Origin: Chiloscyllium plagiosum
Lineage: Eukaryota
Assembly: GCF_004010195.1 (NCBI RefSeq)
Contig: NC_057719.1
Location: 86,323,637 to 86,365,254, forward strand
Reading direction: 5' to 3'
DNA: 41,618 nucleotides
Below the pieces are notes generated by a model. The model saw only the letters and a program-made list of their open reading frames with translations, did no database searches and was not told the DNA's origin. Within the stretch, counting starts at the first letter, position 1. Every line of letters starts with the position of its first letter. Positions 34,495-41,618 of this stretch are shown here, piece by piece. Both the position numbers and the translations under genes were made by a program.

Positions 34495-35850
34495 AGAGTC
34501 CTAGAATCCTACAGCACAGATACAGGCCCTGATACGCTGACTAAAATGTCCATCAATGCTAACCCATTTCCTATCAGTCAATTTTCCAAATGCCTTTTTA
34601 AATGTTGTTAATGTACCACTTCCGCTGACAGTTCATTCCGTATGCATACCATCCCCTGTGTTTAAAAAAATGCTACCCCTCAGGTTCCCTTTAATTTTTT
34701 TCCCCTCTAACCTTAAACTGATGCCCTCCAATCCTCGATTCCCCAACCCTGGGAAAAAGTCTGACTGCCTTCACTCTATCTATGCCTGTCATGACCTTGT
34801 ACAATTCTATAAGAGCCCCCCTCAGTCTCCTACGCTGTAAAGAAAAATGTCCTCGCTTGTCCAACCTCTCCCTCTAACTCAGACCTGGCAACATCATTAC
34901 AAATTTCTTCTGCAGTCTTTCCAGTTTAATAACATTCTTCCTCTAGCAAGGTGACCAAAACTCAAAACGATATTCCAAGTGCAGCCTCACCAACCTCCTG
35001 TACAACTGCAACATAACGTTCCAACGTCTATACTCAATGCCCTGACTGATGAAGGCAAAAGCTGCCTTCACTGCCTTGTCTACCTGTGGCTCCACTTTCA
35101 CTTTCAACTGAACTCCAATGTCCCTACATTCCACTACACTCAAGGCCCTACCATTCATCATGAAACTCCTACCTTGATTTGATTTGACAAAATGCAAGAC
35201 CTCACACTTATCTATATTAAACTCCATTTGTCATTTCTGAGCCCACTTCCCCAGCTGATCAAGGTTCTGCTGCAATTTCTGATAACTTTCCTCACTGTCC
35301 ACAATACTATCTTTTTTTAATGTCCTCTGCAAACTTACTAATCATGCCTTGTACATTCTCATCCAAGTTATTAATATCGATAACAAACAGAACTGGGCCC
35401 AGTACCGACTCCTGGAGCAATCCACTAGCCACAAGCCTCCAGTTTGACAAGCATCCTTCCACTATTACCCTCTGCTTCCTTCCATCAAACTAATTGTGTA
35501 TCCAATTTGCCAACTCCCCCTGGATTCCTTGCGATCTAACCTTTGAGAGTACACTACCACGTGAAACCTTATCAAAGGCCTTATTGAAATTTGTGTAGAC
35601 TATGTCTACCGCCCTGCTCTCATCAACTTTCCTGCTCACCTCAAAAAACTCTAAATTTGTGAGGCATGATCTCCCAAGTACAAAACCAAGCTGACTATTC
35701 CTAATCAAACTCTGTCTTTCCAAATGCATGCATATCTCTCAATCTTCTCAAGTAATTTACCTACCACAGATGTTAGGCTTACTGGTCTGCAGTTCCCAGG
35801 TTTTTGTTTGCAGCCAATCTTGAATAAGGGCATGAGATTTGCTACCCTCC
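34495..35850 (-). mobile_element. CR1 LINE RT domain to 3' end
   Basis: GRSCLTNL, KAFDKV, MEFNIDKCEVLHF and LVRLHLEY. Confidence 0.93.
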
Positions 35851-36219
35851 AGTCTTGTTGGAGCAGCAGTTGTAACGTCGCTGAACTATTAATCCGGGCT
35901 AAATGTCTGGGGATATGGTTTCAAATTCAAGGAATAAAAATCTGGGATTGAAAGCTTGTCTCAGTGATAATGACCATGACAACTGATAGATTTTCATAAA
36001 ATCTGATTTGGTTCATTATTGCCACTTGGGAAAGGAAATCTGCTGTCCTCACCTGGGTCTGACGCACAATGGGCTCTTAACTGTCGTCTTAAATAGCCTA
36101 TCAACCACTCATTTTAAGGATAATTGACATTGTGTGTCAAATGATGGGTTTGTCAGTGAAGTCCACATCACAAGAAAGACTAAAGCTTTTTTTTAAAAAG
36201 CACTGAGGATTGATAGGAT

Positions 36220-37450
36220 TTTAACTTGTGAAAAGTGCTCTGAAGGACTTTGTGAATCAAAGTGTCTTCAGTCCAACAAGGAAGGAAGACGTGTTTGGAT
36301 CTGGTTCTGGGAAGCAAAATAAGGAAATTGGAACATGTTGCAATTGGAGATCACTTAAAGCTAACTGTGACTACAAGGTTGAATTAATTGGACAGGAAGA
36401 TTATAGCAAATGCAGAAGGGAATTGAAAAAGATAGCACAAGAAGCAAGTACAGCTTATAGGAAAAGATCAGTGGCAAATGAAATGAAAGCCTAAAACAGT
36501 AGAAATATAAGATACAAGTAATTACGTTGGGCAAAATTTGAGCCTCTTGAGGAATCAAAGGAAGATCACCAAGTAATGGCTTTAGGCATGGTCAATGTAT
36601 TCACTGAGCACTTTGCCTTTGTCTTCAGAAAGAAGTGGATAACATGTAGGTTTCACTAAAGGAGGAAAGGTAAATTGAGGTGATGTGCTAAAAATATTTG
36701 CATTACTGAAAGTTGGCGATTGTCCTGGATGGAATGCATCATAGTTTGCTGGAAAAAACTAATCGTAGAAATAGCAGCATTGGCCACAATCTTTTAATTC
36801 TCATTGGATACATTAATATTACTACAGGATTCGAGGTTGCCAACATTCTACTACAGTTCAAGAAAGGGATAACTAATAAACCAGGAAAAATAAGGCCAGT
36901 CAGCTGAGGATTGATGTTGGGAAATTAATTGGGAGCAAATATAGGGAATAACTTTATTTGGAAAGACAGGGATTAATTGAGCAACCCAATTAAAAGACAA
37001 ATCCAGTCTAACGAATTTGATTGAATTCTTGTAGACAAAAGAGAATGTTAGTCAAAATTGTTGATGAATAATTGTCTTATGGTAGGAGGGTGAACAGGGA
37101 TGGATACTCTGTTGCCCAGCGTTCAGTTTTTGGGTCCCTTATTGTGCAATCATATAAGCAACTTTGACTTGCACGTAGGCGACAACACTGTAAAGTTTGC
37201 AGACAAGAGAAAACTTGGCAAAGTATTGGATGGTAAAGTTTCAGGACTATAATTATCATTATAGTTATAGTGAAATGGGCAGGTAGCATTTGGAGTAGAG
37301 GAGAATGAAATGAAGTTTGGGACAACTAATATGAAAGATGGTATACTATAAGTAGCATGATTTTGAAAATTGTACATGATCAATGACACCTTGGTGTATA
37401 TATAACCAGACTCTAAAGATGGCAGGACAAGTTGATAAGGTCATATTAAA
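36220..37450 (+). mobile_element. Highly decayed CR1 LINE ORF2
   Basis: ANILLQFKKG...PGKIRPVS, plus LTNLIEF-like and KFAD-like remnants. Confidence 0.7.
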
Positions 37451-38784
37451 AAGGGAGTAATTATTCTGAATGCCAAAATGATGAATACAATGGCCATGTG
37501 CCCTTGTACATGCACAGACAGGGCCAAAGATATCAGCTGGCTGTGACAGTCACCATGCCACGATTAATCTACATGCGCTGCAGTGAAGCTGGCACTTGAA
37601 CAGGCTATCACCTATATTTCACATTATTAATTTTTGGAGTGACAACCAATTCTCCAATCCACCTCAGTCACTTCCTAACATAATCCCTTCTGGCTGCTCA
37701 TATCAATTCAGTCCAGGATATAGTTAGCAGTGTCGATTTATCCCTTGCAGTATCTCTTTTGCATGTTTTGATACGTATTTTTCCCTTTGCTGAATATTTA
37801 AATCAGTCATCTTACTCACTGCAGAGCCTCTGTAAACACATTTCTGCTCTGTTGTTTTTTTGTTAAACTTTGCATTATTAATATTTTTAACTGTTTTAGG
37901 AGTTCATCTCCAAGATACTACCCAAAAAATTGTGAATTTTCCCTTTCATGTCAAAATTCTGACTTATTGTAGTCAATGTAAAAGTTCCTGTTCCTTCCAA
38001 ATAATTGGTTTCCACAAATGCATGCATACTCCTTGTGCGAGCTAGTGTTGACATTTGAACCATGTGCAACCTTCAAAAAAATAGAGGATTAGTATGTGAG
38101 AGTAAAAAGATTGTGCTAAAAGTTGACAAATCAGTTGGACTTTTCAGTGGACAGTTCTTGGCATCGTATTCCTCAAAAGATGAATATAAGACATCAATGA
38201 AGAGTTTGAGTTGATGTTACTTTAAAGAAGGCACTTCAATATTCTGGTAAAAATTGGACTGTTCTCGGAATAGTGAATTGAATGTTAAGAGATTGTCTAA
38301 CTATGATTTTGAGGTAAGTAGATTTTCTTTCGAGTTAACAGAGAACAGCTATCCCCTCTGATGAGTCAATAACCAGAGGTTATAGATTTTAAATCATTAG
38401 TGAAATATCCAGGAGGGAGATTAGAAGTTTTTTTTTAACTGAGATTTGTCAGAATTTGAAATGCCGTAACGGAAAACATGGTGGATGTCAAAATGTCAAA
38501 TGCATTTAAAAATAAGTGGCTTCACAGATGCTTGAGGATGAGGTGCCTTTGAATTACAGACAGAAAATGGGATGTGGCACTCAGCATGACTGTTCTTCTC
38601 GAGATTAAGCACAGATACAATGTTGAATGGCCACCTGCTGGATGACAAGTTATCGTGATTCATGATGCTCGGAAAATGGGTTCTGACTACGAGAAAGGAA
38701 GGATATAGCTACAACTCTTAGCATTCAGGCAGACTATTAAGATTAGGTTTTGGTTAAGAACTAAAGCAAAACCTCTTCTGTATT

Positions 38785-39490
38785 GTTTTTAAAATTTATT
38801 TATTCACATGTACTACTTGGGCATCACTGGTTAGCCAGCATTTATTTTCTGTCTCTAGTTGCCCTTGAGGTAGTGGTGAGCTGCCCTCTTGAACTGCTGC
38901 AGTCCGCGTGCTGACTGTTGACCCATAATGCCCTTAGGGGAGGGACTTCCAGACTTTTGACCCAGTAACAGCAATATATTTCCAAGTCAGGTTGGCGAGT
39001 GGTTTGGAGCGGAACTTGTAGGCGGTAATGTTCCCAAGTATCTGCTGCCTTGTTCTTCTAAATGGATGTGGTTATGTTTTTGAAAGATGTTGTCTAAGGA
39101 TCTTTGAATTTCTGCAGTGCATCTTGTAGATAGCGTACCCTGCTTCTATTGAGCATTGATGTTGGAGAGATTGGATGCTTGTGGATATGGTGTCAATCAG
39201 GTGAGCTGCTTTGTCCTGAATGGTGTTAAGCTTCTTCAGTGTTGTTGCACCTGCAACATCTATCCAACCAAATGGAAAGCATTCCTTAACACTCCTGACT
39301 TTGGCTTGTAGGTAGTGGGCAGACATTGGGAGACAGGAAGTGAGTTACTTGCTGCAGCATTCTGAAGTGCTGTTTGCCACTGTGTTTATGTGGCAATTCT
39401 AGTTGCATTTCTGAACAATGGTAACTCCGAAGATTTTGATAGTGGACAACTCAGTGATGAAACACCATTGAATGTCAAAGGGCATCAGCG
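38785..39490 (-). mobile_element. Second copy of the 15695-16955 LINE family
   Basis: TTLKKLNTIQDKAAHLI matches TTLEKLDTIQDKIACLI, with the same tail. Confidence 0.85.
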
Positions 39491-39804
39491 TTCAGTTCAA
39501 AAATTCTAATTTCACAGGTTATCAATTTCAGGTGCATGGTGGGAGTGTTAATGCTATAATTAATAGTTTCAAGACAAGGTAGCCATTTACTGTGTGCTAC
39601 ATTTACTGTTCAGCCTAAGAACCATAGAACAGTTACACTTATTCAGTTGTGACTCTTGACTTGCTGGCTCTGTATAAGAGTACTTCAGCTTGTCCCATTC
39701 CCATAGCTTTTCGTCATAGCCCAGCAGTTTTTTATCATCAATAGAATTATTCAATTCCCTTCTGAAGGCCATAGTTGAATCTGTCACCACCACCATTACT
39801 CTCG

Positions 39805-40776
39805 ATTTGGAGATGCCGGTGTTGGACTGGGGTGTACAAAGTTAAAAATCACACAACACCAGCTTATAGTCCAACAGGTTTAATTGGAAGCACACCAGCT
39901 TTCGGAGCATCACTCCTTCTTCAGGTGGCTGTGGAGGACACAATTGTAAGGCCCAGAATTTATAGCAAAAATGTACAGTGTGATGTAACTGAAATTATAC
40001 ATTGAAAAATTGATTGTCAAGCCTTTCATCTGTTAGAATACTGTGATAGTTTCACTTCTTTCATGTGTAAATCACAAAACCTTTTTTTTTAAAACGTTGC
40101 ATTCTCAGCTTAACTGTAACAATTGGTGTGAGCTAGATAATACGTTGAAGGTGTTAGCCCCCTGTGTTCTCTGTCTATGCCATGATGTTTAGATTGATTC
40201 TAATCTAAAAAGTGAGATAAAGGAGTTCTACATGAATGCATGCAGTTTTTGAGCAAAGTACAATGTCACCCTGCAAGTACAAATTCACCCCACAAAATAT
40301 ATGTGTGCGTGTGGGTGTGTGTGTGTGTAGTGAGTGCAGAGTGTCTTAAGTCTGTGAGGGGGTGCATGTGGGAGTGCGTGTGTCTGTAAGGGTGTGTGTG
40401 GGTGCCTGTGTGTCCGTGTGTGTGGGTGTAGGAGTATCTGTGTATGTGTATAGTGCAATGGTGGTCACCTGTAATGTGACATGAACCCAAGGTCCCAGTT
40501 GAGGCCCTCAACAACTAGCCTACGACAATGGGTGAATGAGCACCGCACAACAATCAACAGACAGGAGGGTTCCCTCCCAGTTGGGGAACACTTCAGTGGT
40601 CAAGGACATTCTGCCTTGGACCTTCGGGTAACCATCCTCCAAAGTGGACTTCGGGACAGGCAGCAGAGAAAAGTGGCCGAGCAGAGGCTGATAACTAAGT
40701 TTGGTACCCATAGGGGGGACCTCAACCGGGACCTTGGGTTCATGTCACATTACAGATGACCACCATTGCACTATAG

Positions 40777-40808
<32 letters not shown>

Positions 40809-41170
40809 TCTCACACTGTCTCCTAGACACACGGGCACAAATATACACAGATGCGCACACAGACACCCACACAATCCCACACTCTCTCATGCATCCCCTC
40901 ACAGACTTAAGACACTCTGCACTCACTACACACACACTTTCTCACACACATAACCCTCAACTCAGACAGACACACACACACACAGACAAAGACCCACATG
41001 CACACATATATATTTTGTGGGGTGAATTTGTACTTGCAGGGTTACATTGTACTTTGCTCAAAAACTGCATGCATTCATGTAGAACTCCGTTATCTCACTT
41101 TTTAGATTAGAATCAATCTAAAAATCATGGCATAGACAGAGAACACAGGGGCCAACACCTTCAACATATT
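39805..41170. mobile_element. Penelope-like element with inverted-repeat architecture and (GT)n/(CA)n tracts
   Basis: 40139-40505 is the reverse complement of ~40717-41170. The centre encodes a GIY-YIG endonuclease C-terminus. Hammerhead-like motif at ~39893-39928 on the minus strand. Confidence 0.85.
40515..40759 (+). pseudogene. GIY-YIG endonuclease C-terminal fragment of a Penelope-like element
   Basis: SLRQWVNEHR...PVGEHFSGQGHS..DLRVTIL......RKVAEQRLITKFGT..GDLNRD matches the R..EH / HF...H / E...I / LN pattern of PLE GIY-YIG domains. Confidence 0.85.
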
Positions 41171-41618
41171 TTGGATTAGTGGTGCTGGAAGAGCACAGCA
41201 GTTCAGGCAGCATCCGAGGAGCAGCAAAATCGATGTTTCGAGCAAAAGCCCTTCATGAGGAATAAAGGCAGAGGGCCTGAAGTGTGGAGAGATAAGCTAG
41301 AGGAAGGTGGGGGTGGGGAGAAAGTAGCATGGAGTACAATAGGTGAGTGGAGGAGGGGATGAAGGTGATAGGCCAGGGAGGAGGGTGGAGTGGATAGGTG
41401 GAAAAGAAGATAGGCAGGTAGGACGAGTCATGGGGACTGAGCTGGAAGTTTGGAACTAGAGTGAGGTGGAGGAAGGGGAAATGAGGAAACTGTTGAAGTC
41501 CACATTGATGCCCTGGGGTTGAAGTGTTCCGAGGCGGAAGATGAGGCGTTCTTCCTCCAGGCGTCTGGTGGTGAGGGACCGGCGGTGAAGGAGGCCCAGG
41601 ACCTCCATGTCCTCGGCT
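41171..41618 (-). mobile_element. Penelope-like element (first family) 3' part, running off the window edge
   Basis: The minus strand encodes AEDMEVLGLLHRRSLTTRRLEEERLIFRLGTLQPQGINVDF (GIY-YIG C-terminus), then a C-rich tract and the same tail as 1938-2065. Confidence 0.85.

Noticed and set aside
37850..37980. Candidate next TMEM87A exon after tgttttag
   Set aside because: No frame resembles the expected DW.ELW.DDA.WR.LFS sequence.
1..41618. Most entries in the six-frame ORF track as independent genes
   Set aside because: They are short and are either frameshifted retroelement pieces, antisense or random ORFs, N-gap artefacts, or single TMEM87A exons with intronic read-through (e.g. 3448-3678, 14584-14931, 15383-15757, 17692-18081).

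Overview
This is eukaryotic (vertebrate) genomic DNA, very probably from a shark or other elasmobranch, judged from the HE1/V-SINEs, a DeuSINE, abundant CR1 LINEs and Penelope-like elements. The window lies inside a + strand TMEM87A gene (GOLD domain plus 7-TM GOST family). I can splice 12 internal coding exons by hand in one consistent reading frame, from 3499 to 28070. The first and last exons lie outside the window or in the N-gap. The main structure is a pair of duplicated exons (22169-22240 and 23135-23203) encoding alternative versions of TM5. Each has a major-spliceosome (U2) AG acceptor but a minor-spliceosome (U12) ATATCCTTT donor, and both feed one U12 branch point and AC acceptor at 24472-24490. 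Splice-site incompatibility would therefore force exactly one exon to be included. The surrounding transposon-poor region carries a cluster of RBFOX-type (T)GCATG motifs, a ~385-bp near-perfect palindrome, and a 14-bp stem next to a cryptic AG acceptor. The remaining introns are filled with retroelement fragments, including Penelope-like elements with inverted structures and minimal hammerhead-ribozyme motifs. Repeat boundaries are approximate, and family names come from recalled consensus sequences, not database searches.
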